From NCBI RefSeq assembly GCF_006345805.1, contig NC_043015.1:49104001-49168000 (forward strand): DNA of 64,000 bases, read 5' to 3'. Numbering within the stretch: position 1 is the first letter of the stretch; each line of letters starts with the position of its first letter. Made by a program: the position numbers and the translations under genes. Below are positions 50,170 to 61,896 of this stretch, piece by piece. This stretch comes from Octopus sinensis. Lineage: Eukaryota. Under the pieces are notes generated by a model that made no database searches, had not been told where the DNA came from, and saw only the letters and a program-made list of their open reading frames with translations.

Positions 50170-51803
50170 TATGCATTCCACCAAGGTTCAGTCCTCAGTC
50201 CTCTCCTATTTATCATAGTCCTCCAGGCAATAACGGAGGAATTCAAGACAGGATGCCCCTGGGAGCTCCTATATGCTGACGACCTTGCACTAATCGCTGA
50301 GTCACTATCAGAACTGGAGGAGAAGTTCCAGGTGTGGAAGGAGGGTTTAGAATCAAGGGGCCTTAGAGTCAACCTAGCTAAAACCAAAGTACTAATAAGT
50401 AGGAAGGTAGACAATCCACAAATGTCTTCAGGAAGATGGCCCTGCTCGATCTGTAGAAAAGGTGTAGGTAGAAACTCTATAAGATGTACCCAATGTAAGC
50501 TATGGACACATAAGAGGTGCAGCAATGTCAAAGGAAGGCTAACTGGGAAGATAGTTTTTGTATGTGGCAGATGCTTCTGAAAATCTGCAGAAAACAACTT
50601 CCGTCACTTTCCAGGGGGAAAATCTAGAAGTAGTTGATAGCTTCCGTTATCTTGGTGACCAAGTCAGTAGTGGGGGTGGGTGTACTGAAAGTGTAACGGC
50701 TAGAGTAAGAATAGCCTGGGCAAAGTTTAAGGAGCTCTTACCTCTGCTGGTGACTAAAGGCCTCTCGCTCAGAGTAAAAGGCAGACTGTATGATGCATGT
50801 GTACGAACAGCCATGCTACATGGCAGTGTAACATGGGCCGTGACTGCTGAGGACATGTGTAAGCTCGCGAGAAATGAAGCCAGTATGCTCTGATGGATGT
50901 GTAATGTCAGTGTGCATGCTCGACAGAGCGTTAGTACCCTGAGAGAAATGTTGGACTTAAGGAGCATCAGTTGTGGTGTGCAAGAGAGACGTTTGCGCTG
51001 GTATGGTCATGTGGCGAGAATGGATGAAGATAGGTGTGTGAAAAAGTGCCAATCCCTAGCAGTGGAGGGAACCCGTGGAAGAGGTAGACCCAGGAAAACC
51101 TAGGACGAGGTGGTGAAGCACGACCTTCGAACTTTAGGTCTCACCGAGGAAATGACCTGCGACCGAGAACTTTGGAAATATGCTGTGCGTGAAAAGACCA
51201 GGCAGGACAAGTGAGTCCAGCCCATTTATGCCTGCCTTTCCTCCCTTGGACACACAAAGACCTGTTGAGGCAAGCGAAGTCGATATCGAACCTCATCCGA
51301 CGACAGGCACCTATGCCTACCCCCCTTTGCTTGCGAAAACCTGTTGGGGCAAGTGAAATCGGAATCGAAATTGAACCAATCCTATGACTGGCACCTGGCA
51401 GATGCCAGGACCCCTGGACTGGAGATACATAAAAAGCACTATCCGAATCGTGGCCGATGCCAGCGCCGCCTCGACTGGCTTCCGTGTCGGTGGCACGTAA
51501 AAAGCACCATCCGAATCGTGGCCGAAGCCAGTGCCGCCTCGACTGGCTTCCGTGCAGGTGGCACGTAAAATGCACCAATCCGCCCGTGGCCGATGCCAGC
51601 CTCGCCTGGCTCCAGTGCAGGTGGCACGTAAAAAGCACCCACTACACTCACGGAGTGGTTGGTGTTAGGAAGGGCATCCAGCTGGAGAAACATTGCCAGA
51701 TAAGACCGGAGCCTGGGGCAGCCTTCTGGCTTCCCAGATCCCTGGTCGAACCGTCCAACCCATGCTAGCATGGAAAACGGACGTTAAACGATGATGATGA
51801 TGA
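50170..51803 (+). mobile_element. 5'-truncated RTE LINE, relatively young, with 3' UTR tandem units and (GAT)n tail
   Basis: HQGSVLSPLLF, LLYADDL, CSIC..CTQC..H..C zinc-finger-like motif, LRWYGHVARM; few disruptions. Confidence 0.93.
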
Positions 51804-51839
51804 TATATATATATATATATAAAGTGATCTCTTAAGCAC

Positions 51840-52037
51840 CACCAGCTCAAATATTTTCTCCTCTGTCTTCCCTCCTTGGGATCTTTCCTTCTCCTTGTTT
51901 CTGACGAAGAGCTCCGCTCGAAACGTTAAACCCTCCTTCCCTTCTTTCCTGAGCGTCAATAATACTTTAATTGTTCCACGTCCTGCGTTGCTGTGTTTTT
52001 TTCTCTTTTTTTCTGTGTTTTCTTGTTTGGATTAACT
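51840..52037 (+). mobile_element. Penelope-like element terminal (pLTR-type) fragment
   Basis: Carries an intact hammerhead; homologous to 16514-16720. Confidence 0.6.
51897..51931 (+). ncRNA. Minimal type I hammerhead ribozyme (canonical core + extra A)
   Basis: GUUU-CUGACGA-A-GAGC(UCC)GCUC-GAA-ACGU-U/AAAC. Confidence 0.8.
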
Positions 52038-52772
52038 GTTTTTGTGTCCTGTGTTTGTCCCCCACCATCACTGCTTGACAACCGATGTTGGTGTGCTTAC
52101 GTCCTTGTAACTTAGTGATTCAGCAAAAAAGCTCAATAGAATAAGTACCAGGCTTTAAATAAATAAGTCCTGGGGTCCATTTGCACCGCCTTGAAGGGTT
52201 TTAGTTGAACAAATGGACCCCAGGACTTATTTATTTAAAGCCTGGTACTTATTCTATTGAGCTTTTTTGCTGAATCACTAAGTTACAAGGACGTAAGCAC
52301 ACCAACATCGGTTGTCAAGCAGTGATGGTGGGGGACAAACACAGGACACACATACACATATACATATACGACAGGCTTTTTTCAGTTTCCATCTACCAAA
52401 TCCACTCACAAGGCTTTGGTCAGCCCAAGGCTATAATAGAAGACACTTGCCCAAGGTTCCACATAGTGAAACTGAACCTGGAACCATGTGGTTTGGAATT
52501 AAGCTTCTTACCACACACACACATAAATAAATGTTTTAAAAATATATTGTAAATATCTGACTCTTTAGCATTTAAACTGGCCAGATCTGGCCTCTCCCAC
52601 CTACCCTACAGTGTCATCCTAAAAATAAACAGTCACATCATTTAAATCTCAAACCCACAAGACAATGCATGATTAATTCAAAACAATGTGAATAAATAAA
52701 CATTACATATGACAGAGTAATCTGAATTCTAAAAGGTTAATCTATTTTAATTCTGTTTATTTATGTTTGTAG

Positions 52773-52826
52773 GAGACCCTCGTCGACCATATCCAACAGA
52801 TTTTGAAATGCGTCATGGCTATTTAG
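52773..52826 (+). CDS. MED4: MED4 exon 5
   Basis: AG/GTATGT, 54 nt: (G)DPRRPYPTDFEMRHGYL; GDPRRPYPT hallmark motif. Confidence 0.96.
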   Translation, partial: ETLVDHIQQILKCVMAI

Positions 52827-53789
52827 GTATGTATTAGTTTTTATTCCTTTCTGGTTTGAAAATGATTTTTTTTTGCAGCCCGTTTTCATGGATCAGTATT
52901 TGTACCTGTGAATTCAACATCATCATTTAGCATCCACTTTCCCATACTTACATGGATGGAGTTTAATGAGGCAGATTTTCTACAGCTGGATGCCCATCCT
53001 GTTGCCAACCATCTCCTGTTTCTAAGCAAAGTAACATGTTTCTTGCTGAAGACTAGAAATGAACAGCCTGGCTTGTATGATAATGAAGCTAGTTGATTCT
53101 ATCTGCAGATGGAATGTTTCTTTAATATGGAATGGTGTACCTTTAACCCTTTGATTCCAACCTGCCAGTGATGTCTGGATATATGTATGTGTGTGTGTAT
53201 ATGTTTGTGTTTGTGTCTCCTCAACATCGCTTGACAACCGATGCTGGTGTATTTATGACCCTGTAACTTAGCAGTTCAGCAAAAGAGACCAATAGAATAA
53301 GTACTGGGCTTACAAAAATAAGTCCTGGGATTGAGTTGGTTGACTAAAGGTGGTGCTCCAGCATGGCCACAGTCAAATGATTTCAGGCCCTTGTGCCTAT
53401 AGCACAAAGGACTACTACTACTACTACTGCTGCTACTGCTGCTGCTGCTACTACTGGATACACACATATTTTCATAATTTAATGTCTGTTTTTCATGCTG
53501 GCATGGGTTGGGTGGTTTGGCAGGAGCTGGTAGTGGTGAGCTGTCAGAAACGTCAGCACGTCGGACGAAATGCTTAGCGGTATTTCGTCTGCCGTTACGT
53601 TCTGAGTTCAAATTCCGCCAAGGTCAGCTTTGCCTTTCATCCTTTCAGGGTTGATAAATTAAGTACCAGTTACGTACTGGGGTCGATGTAATCGACTTAA
53701 TCCGTTTGTCTGTCCTTGTTTGTCCTCTCTGTGTTTAGCCCCTTGTGGGCAATAAACAAATAAGAAACCTTGCCAGATCAGACTGTTTT

Positions 53790-53955
53790 AGCTGAAGAAT
53801 GGACAAAAATTCCTTTGGAAACAATTCAAACTTTGTATGAGTCTATACCTCATAGAATTCAAACTGTAATTGCTGCCAAAGGTGGTCCTATACAATATTA
53901 AAATAAATTTGTTTGAAATTTAAAGATTTTTTCCATTATTTTGTGCAACCCCTGT
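53790..53955 (+). mobile_element. Tc1-like transposase 3' fragment
   Basis: Encodes EEWTKIPLETIQTLYESIPHRIQTVIAAKGGPIQY*, a typical Tc1 C-terminus. Confidence 0.75.
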
Positions 53956-54554
53956 GGTACCAGTTTGAATTCTATGAGGTATAGACTCGTACAAAGTTTG
54001 AATTGTTTCCAAAGGAATTTTTGTCCATTCTTCAGCTAAAACAGTCTGATCTGGCAAGGTTTCTTATTTCTTTATTGGCGGAATTTGAACTCAGAACGTA
54101 ACGGCAGACAAAATACCGTTAAGCATTTTGCCCAGCGTGCTAACATTTCTGCCAGCTCGCCGCCTTAAGGTTTCTACAGCTGGATGCCCTTCCTAACACC
54201 AACCTTTCCGAGAGTGTAGTGAGTGCTTTTTATGTGCCACTGGCATAAGATAATGATGCATAATTAATTCAAAATAATGTGATTAAACGAGGATTATATT
54301 CAACAGAATAGTCTGAATTCTAAAAGGTTAATTTAGCACTTTGCCATTTTTGCCATCAATAAAACAAAAAGCAGCTTCTGTTAATGGATTCCATTACCTT
54401 AACCCTTTTGGTACTACATCTCTTTCAAAATACGCTGCCCGCGTTTCAATTAATTTTAGAAATAATGAAGAATTTAATAAAATAACTTTGTCATTATTAG
54501 GCTGGTGTTTGGAACATCAACAGACAGAATTTTGATAGAAAGTTTTAATTTAGA

Positions 54555-54795
54555 TCATCATCCTCATCATCATCGTTTAGCGTCCGCTTTCCATGCTAGC
54601 ATGGGTTGGACAGTTCAACTGGGTCTTGGAAGCCAGAAGGCTGCACCAGGCCCAGTCTGATCTGGCAATGTTTCTACGGCTGGATGCCCTTCCTAACGCC
54701 AACCACTCAGTGAGTGTAGTGGGTGCTTTTTACGTGCCACCGGCACAGGTGCCTGACGAGGCTGGCAAACGGCCACGATCGGATGGTGCTTTTTA
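54555..54795 (-). mobile_element. RTE 3' end
   Basis: (CAT)n tail and conserved core. Confidence 0.8.
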
Positions 54796-55309
54796 CTATA
54801 GGCCTAAGGGCTCTCACTGGCAGGTTGGAATCAAAGAGTTAAAGGTACACCATTCCATATGTACAGGAACATTCCATATTTAAAGAAACATTCCATCTGC
54901 AGATAGAATTAAGGTTTATTATGTATAAACATTCTTATCAGGAAAGGATCTGATGTATATCAGTTCATTATCTGCTAGGCTGCTTTAATTAGCATAGTTT
55001 CTCTATTCAGCTAGACTGCTTTAATTAGCATGGATTCTAAGCAGTTAATAATTATGCTGTAGTTTAACTGAAGTGGCTGGGATGGTAGGGTCTTAAAATA
55101 AATACTTTCTCTGTTTTAGTTCCATCTGCGTGAATTTTGAGTTCAAGTGGTGCTCAGGATCAATTAAGTAAGCTCTCCCCTACAACCCTGTAAACCATCT
55201 GTCTGTCACAGTCTTAGAAATTACTATTGCAGCATAATTAAGTTTCACTATTAATTATCATATCCGGTAAGTTTACTGTTATCAATTCACTGCAGGGAAA
55301 GTTCACTAT

Positions 55310-55724
55310 AGGTGCAGGAGTGGCTGTGTGGTAAGTAGCTTGTTTACCAACCACATGGTTCTGGGTTCAGTCCCACTGCATGGCACCTTGGGCAAGTGTC
55401 TTCTACTATAGCCTCGGGCCGACCAAAGCCTTGTGAGTGGATTTGGTAGACGGAAACTGAAAGAAGCCCGTCGTATATATGTATATATATGTATATATAT
55501 GTATGCGTGTGTGTGTTTGTGTGTCTGTGTTTGTCCCCTAGTATTGCTTGACAACCGATGCTGGTGTGTTTATGTCCCCGTTACTTAGCGGTTCGGCAAA
55601 AGAGACCGATAGAATAAGTACTGGGCTTACAAAAGAATAAATCCCGGGGTCGAGTTGCTCGATTAAAGGTGGTGCTCCAGCATGGCCGCAGTCAAATGAC
55701 TGAAACAAGTAAAAGAGTAAAGAG
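55310..55724 (+). mobile_element. SINE family A
   Basis: Full-length match. Confidence 0.9.
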
Positions 55725-55944
55725 TGTCATCAGCTCACCATTTTTTGTCGGTAAAATAGTTTTTAACTATTAATAGTGAGATGTTATGGATGTATTTTCT
55801 CAGTAAACTTTCCTTGCAGTGAACTTTCTTCATGGAGAATTGATGGCAGTGAACTCTCTCCTGTGAAGAACTGATGGCAGTGAACTTAACTGTAATCATT
55901 AATTATGTTTATATTAAGCATTGTAATATTGTGTTTTTCTTCAG

Positions 55945-56237
55945 ATCATATGCAAAACTCACAGAGCAACACACTCAACTGGCAGTCTTCATCTTTGCAA
56001 CCTCCACTGGCACCTCCACCACAGCCACCGTCATCATCTGTACCATCTCTCGATCCTCCCACACCAATGTTTGGTCTCTCGGCCAGTGGTCTCAATACCT
56101 CAATGGGAAGTGGTGTAGCAAGTAGTGCTGGACTCTCAGAATCTATTCGGAATCATGCTTCAAGGGATAACGAAGATGTTGAAATAATGTCTAGTGATTC
56201 ATCCAGCAGCAGTTCGAGTGATGAAGAAAACCCTTAA
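55945..56237 (+). CDS. MED4: MED4 terminal exon 6
   Basis: ttcAG acceptor; Pro/Ser-rich tail ending EDVEIMSSDSSSSSSSDEENP*; the six exons sum to 795 nt = 264 aa + stop. Confidence 0.93.
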
Positions 56238-56277
56238 CGTCTCAAGAGTTTTGTACGTCTTTATTTGTTGTAAAATT

Positions 56278-56283
56278 AATAAA
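56278..56283 (+). promoter_or_regulatory. Candidate polyadenylation signal of MED4
   Basis: AATAAA about 40 nt after the stop, followed by T/GT-rich sequence. Confidence 0.5.
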
Positions 56284-56354
56284 ATTTCTATTAGTTTTTG
56301 TTGTAATGTTTTTTTAATCTTCCAATTAATTGAACAACATCTTCCAAATTTAAT

Positions 56355-56677
56355 TTCATCATCATCATCATCATCTTCGTTTAGCGTCCGCTTTCTATGC
56401 TAGCATGGGTTGGATGGTTCAACTGGGGCTGCACCAGGCTCACCAGGCTGCACCAGGCTGCACCAGGCTCCAGTCTGATCTGGCAATGTTTCTACGGCTG
56501 GATGCCAACTGCTCCGTGAGTGTAGTGGGTGCTTTTTACGTGCCACCGGCACAGGTGCCAGACGAGGCTGGCAAATGGCCACGATCGAATGGTGCTTTTT
56601 ACGTGCCACCGGCATGGGGGCCAGGCGAAGCTGGCAACGGCCACAATCGGATAGTGCTTTTTACGTGCCACCGGCAT
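56355..56677 (-). mobile_element. RTE 3' end with UTR tandem units
   Basis: (CAT)n tail; repeated gctttttacgtgccaccggca units. Confidence 0.8.
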
Positions 56678-56933
56678 GATTTCTTTATCAATAAACTTGT
56701 AACATGTTTGAAATATTGGTTTCAAATTTTGGCACAAGGCCAGCTGTTTCAAAGAAGGGGCTAAGTTGATTTTATCGACCCCAGTATTCAGCTTGTACTC
56801 ATTTTATCAACCCTGAAAGGATGGAAAGCAAAGTTGACCCTGGCAGCATTTCAACCCAGAATGTAAAGACGTATAAAATGCCTCTAAGCATTTTGCCCAG
56901 CATACTAACGATTCTGCCGTCTCACCGCCTTAA

Positions 56934-57153
56934 CCCTTTCGTTACTGCATTTATTTTGAGATGCTTTGTGTTTCTTTCAATTATTTTAAATATAACAAAG
57001 AATTTAGTAAAATAACTTAGTTGTCATTCAGCTAGTGTTAGGAACATAAATTGTGACTAAGGTTTGGTGAAGATTTTAATACAAAACTTATGAAAACAAG
57101 ACATTTGTACTACAGAGCCGGAGGTGGTTTCAGCTAGTTTGGTCCCAAAAGGG
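56934..57153. mobile_element. piggyBac-like MITE
   Basis: TTAA|CCCTTT...AAAAGGG|TTAA; relative near 5437-5662. Confidence 0.7.
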
Positions 57154-57456
57154 TTAAACCCACCATATCTGGCCCAATTATTCTTCTTGTTTTATGTTTA
57201 AACTGGCCAGATTTAGCCTCTCACACCTATCCTACACTGTCATTCTAAAAATAAACAATCACTTCATTGAAATCGCAAAGCTACAAGCTAATGCATAATT
57301 AATTAATTAATTCAAAGCAATGTGAATAAATAAACATAACATTTCATAGAGTAAGCCGAATGCTAAAATGTTTAAAATATTACAAAAGCTTTACAGCTAC
57401 TCTTTATCATAAAACCAGCACCTGGTGTTCTCAATAAAATTTTATACCTTTAGTAA

Positions 57457-57755
57457 TCTTTATATATAAAACTGAAGTTGTGTGAGAGTCTGTCTCCTCC
57501 GATTTAGATTCCTAACTACTCCCACATTTTGCAGTGCACTTTAACCAAAAGTGGGTATCTTATAGTCGTGATTCATATCGAGCCCTTCTGGGTATTAGCG
57601 TGTCTACGATGAGTACAATTTAAAAAAAAAATTACCATCATTTTTTCGTTTTTTAATGCATTTTTGCTCGGTTTATATAAGGGAAGTAACTCTCTAAAAA
57701 TGCTTATATAGTTATTTCCCTTACAAACCCGAGCAACGCCGGGCGATACTGCTAG
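57457..57755 (+). mobile_element. Non-autonomous Helitron-like element
   Basis: A|TC...CCCGAGCAACGCCGGG...CTAG|T, no TSD. Confidence 0.85.
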
Positions 57756-58279
57756 TCATTTATAAAACATAGACATGAAATTATTTCATCGTAAGTTATT
57801 TAGTCCTTTCACAAAATAACCATGAAATTAAATGTCATGGTTATTCCAGTAACAATCTTCAATAGCTATCAAAAAATAAAACTGGTGTTTTCTGCAAGTT
57901 ACGTTGCCACAATAAACTTGACATATTTCAACAGAGAATAGTGTCAAACATGATATTACTTAACAAAAGATAGACTGGTATATAAAACTACTTTATGCAG
58001 TTAAGGATAATGAAATTTTGAGTGGATGTATTGGTTTTCTGCAGTAAAAGGGTTCATTTTAAATAGATTTCGTTTTTGTATATTATCATGATGACTCTCC
58101 CTAGACACAGCAAAATTTAAATGCGGCTGTGTGGTAAGTAGCTTGCTTACCAACCGCATGGTTCCAGGTTCAGTCCCACTGCATGGCACCTTAAGCAAAT
58201 CTTCTGCTATAGCCTCGGGCTGACCAAAGCCTTGTGAGTGGATTTGGTGGACAGAAACTGATAGAAGCCCATTGTATAC

Positions 58280-58490
58280 TCTTTTACTTGTTTCAGTCAT
58301 TTGACTGTGGCCATGCTGGAGCACCACCTTTAGTCAGCCAACTCAATCCCAGGACTTATTTTTGTAAGCCTAGTACTTATTCTATCGGTCTCTTTTGCTG
58401 AACTGCTAAGTTACGGGGTCGTAAACACACCACCATCGGTTGTCAAGCGATGTTGGGGGACAAACACAGACACACAAGCATATACACACA

Positions 58491-58522
<32 letters not shown>

Positions 58523-58680
58523 TGACAGGCTTCTTTCAGTTTCCATCTACCAAATCTACTCACAAAGCTTTGGTTGGCCTGATGCTATAGTAGAAGACAC
58601 TTGCCCAAGGTGTCACGCAGTGAGACTGAACCTGGAACCATGTGGTTAATAAGCAAGCTACTTACAACACAGCCACTCCT
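58280..58680 (-). mobile_element. SINE family A (opposite-strand head fragment at about 58125-58270)
   Basis: Full-length match. Confidence 0.88.
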
Positions 58681-59479
58681 ACAAACAAATATTTTATTTC
58701 AAAAATTTACATGTGCATATATGGGGTCCACAGATGATAAGATAGCTCTCATGGGGTCCACATGCAAAACAATGTTGGGAACCCCTATTTTACATAATTC
58801 AACCTACACAAGTTAATGTGTACGTTGAATAGGAGCTTTGAAAGAAGTTTCTATGAAACTAGTTTTAAGCATTGAATATTTATAGGGGTCCACTAGAATA
58901 AAATAGTAACCTAAGGGGTCAATAGATGAAATGGTTGGGAACCCCTGGTCTAAAGTGACGGAGATCCACTTACGGATATCTGTAGTTACTTCATAAAGGG
59001 AAGTAATTTCATAAGGGGACATGACTCAGTAGTTAAGCCTTGCACTCTGATAAACCGGTAAAATCTCAGTTACTCCGGGGCTCTTGAGCACAGAGGTTAG
59101 TAAAGTCGACGCTACTGCTTTCTATTGGCCGCGGGTTTCTGAGCATCCTGTCATGTGATATTGGCTTCTCACATATTGGCTATGAATGTGCTACATCAAG
59201 TAACTTTTGGTCATCTTCTTTTTCTTCTCACCGGTGGTATCCATTTGTGACCTAGTTTTAATGTTCGTTTTGCAACCTAGTTTTAATCTTCGTTCAATGA
59301 GACATTCGCTGAGTGGTCTTCTGTTAGCTCTCTTCACGCACGCACACACACACATACGTGTGTGTGGTGTATTTGTCACCCATCCACCACCCACTCATCA
59401 CTTGACAAACCATGCTGGTTAGTTCGGCATTGGTTTGTAGACATTGATAGAATAAGTACCAGTCTTAAAAAAGAAATAT

Positions 59480-59885
59480 AGGCGCAGGAGTGGCTGTGTG
59501 GTAAGTAGCTTGTTTACCAACCACATGGTTCCGGGTTCAGTCCCACTGCGTGGCACCTTGGGCAAGTGTCTTCTACTATAGCCTCGGGCCAACCAAAGCC
59601 TTGTGAGTGGATTTGGTAGACGGAAACTGAAAGAAGCCCGTCGTATATATATGTATATATATATGCGTGTGTGTGTTTGTGTGTCTGTGTTTGTCCCCCT
59701 AGCATTGCTTGACAACCGATGCTGGTGTGGTTATGTCCCCGTTACTTGGCGGTTCGGCAAAAGAGACCGATAGAATAAGTACTGGGCTTACAAAAGAATA
59801 AGTCCCGGGGTCGAGTTGCTCGATTAAAGGCGGTGCTCCAGCATGGCCGCAGTCAAATGACTGAAACAAGTAAAAGAGTAAGAGT
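59480..59885 (+). mobile_element. SINE family A
   Basis: Full-length match. Confidence 0.9.
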
Positions 59886-60914
59886 ATATATATCTATATA
59901 TTTGGAGTAATTTCTTTGACTAAATCCCTTCGAGGAGGTGCCCCAGTATGACCACAGTCCAATGACTAAATCAAGTGTAAGATAAAAGGTATGCATGTGT
60001 GCGCACATACAAACATTATATACATGTTATATATTTCTTGTTCTGGGTTCGTTCCCAGCACGCGGCTCCTTGGACAAATGTCTTCTGCTGTAACCTCAGA
60101 CAAACCATACAAATAAAACTTGTTAGACGGAAACCGGTGGAAGCCTGCCTAATCGACTGTATCTACCTGAGTGGGTGATGGATTTAATCCATTCATTGCT
60201 TGGTTTAACACGCCTTCCCGATCCTTGGGTGCCTTTAACAGGGCCCAGTCTTTTGGAAACGGTTAGACAAGATCTCTGGTCAAAGGACGATCCCTGTTCT
60301 CACCTCTGTCTCGTATTGGAGGTAATTCAAGAAAAGTGGGTGGTTGTTTCCGGTCTTTGACCGAGCCATAAATGATTGTTCCATTTTGCAGTAATTAGTC
60401 TATCGACAGGGTATATCTATTAAGTATGATACATAGGTTGCTATTTTATTTAAATACTGCGTCAATTACGTATACCGGAATTTTATTCAGCTGCGCAGCT
60501 CTTTGCAGCATCAGTGAATGTTTTATTTGCTTTTCGCTATATCAGAACGACAACGCCTTGGTTAAGCGTGTGGCTAACTATGAGTACGCACCGTTAATAA
60601 GGTCCTAAAAGGCCAAAACACATCTGTTAGTCACGGCTGGGATAAATTTTCGTCTCTCTCTCTCTGATATTTATTATGGTTTTAACACAACACATTCATA
60701 AGGAATATTATCTTAGGGGAAATACTGCAGCAATTGAGCGCTCATCTGTAAGTGTATGCATTAAGTATGATACGTAAATGGTTATTTTATATTTATTCCC
60801 CTGTGTTTATGGCGTCATTGGTTTGCATTATTAATGATAGTTGTTCGTATTCCTATATTTATTATTATTTAGACACCAGATCGATGTAGTCAATGTTGAG
60901 AAAGAGAGATAAGA

Positions 60915-60931
60915 GAGAGAGAGAGAGAGAG

Positions 60932-60998
<67 letters not shown>

Positions 60999-61041
60999 GA
61001 AAAAGACAAAGATAGATAAATGGATAGAGATTATCCACTAC

Positions 61042-61110
<69 letters not shown>

Positions 61111-61115
61111 TAGAT
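60915..61115. repeat. (GA)n/(GATA)n microsatellite
   Basis: Direct reading. Confidence 0.95.
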
Positions 61116-61419
61116 TTTCTTCTTTCATTCTTTTATTTGTTTAAGTCATTTGACCGTGGCCATGCTGGAGCACCACCTTTAAATGTGGCCGATATCATTA
61201 TATAACTTCAACTTTTCATGTGTAAAAAAAAAATAAAAACCGTTTTGAAATGACTGTTCTGTTTAAATATTCTGTGAAAACCTTATTTTACGATCATACT
61301 ATCAATGCATTACGATTCGGTAGAAATAAATAAAATGGTTTCACGGTCTTATGATTTTATCGTTTTGTTGAAAAATCCTGGCGATTGTATTATGGTGTTC
61401 AACAGAAATATTTCTCATG

Positions 61420-61603
61420 CTTCCTGAGATTCGCCAACACTACACTTGATTTTCTCCCCTCCATACACACACAAGCATGTATCTGACTCATACATTGTTC
61501 GCTTTCCAGACATTTCTACATTACTGCATATACTTTATATGCAATTTCTGACAAGTTGTGGTGCACCTGAGCACTGTATACAATAATTTCATTATTATTA
61601 TTT
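61420..61603 (+). mobile_element. CR1/L2-like LINE 3' end
   Basis: High similarity to 14560-14740; (ATT)n tail. Confidence 0.8.
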
Positions 61604-61896
61604 TAAATAACGGTACCTTAAATAATGAAAGAATGGTATTTTAAAGATGGTTTCGAATTTTAGCAAGGGACAAGCAAATTTCTGGGGGCCTGTCGATTCC
61701 ATCGGCCACAGTGTTTGACTGGTACTTAAATAACGATGTGTATTTTAAGGATGAGTAGCAGAAGTGATTTACACTGTCATTATGTGTGAGATGTTTTCAT
61801 TTTGAGTTGTCTAGACTTAAATACCTGGATATCGGCTCCACGAGCCTTTTCGTTCCAGCAGGTCTCATGACCTTGTGATTAGCGGAAATTGTCGGG

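Noticed and set aside
51430-51640. HDV-like ribozyme in the RTE tandem units
   Set aside because: I could not build consistent P1/P1.1/P3 pairings, and RTE HDV-like ribozymes are expected at 5' ends.
51141-51771. Minus-strand ORFs of 110-165 aa
   Set aside because: Antisense frames of the RTE 3' UTR tandem repeats; similar spurious ORFs recur at every copy.
52827-55944. Extra MED4 exon between exons 5 and 6
   Set aside because: Candidate acceptors (about 52878, 55113, 55819) give stops or the wrong phase; the six-exon model is already in frame and of normal length.
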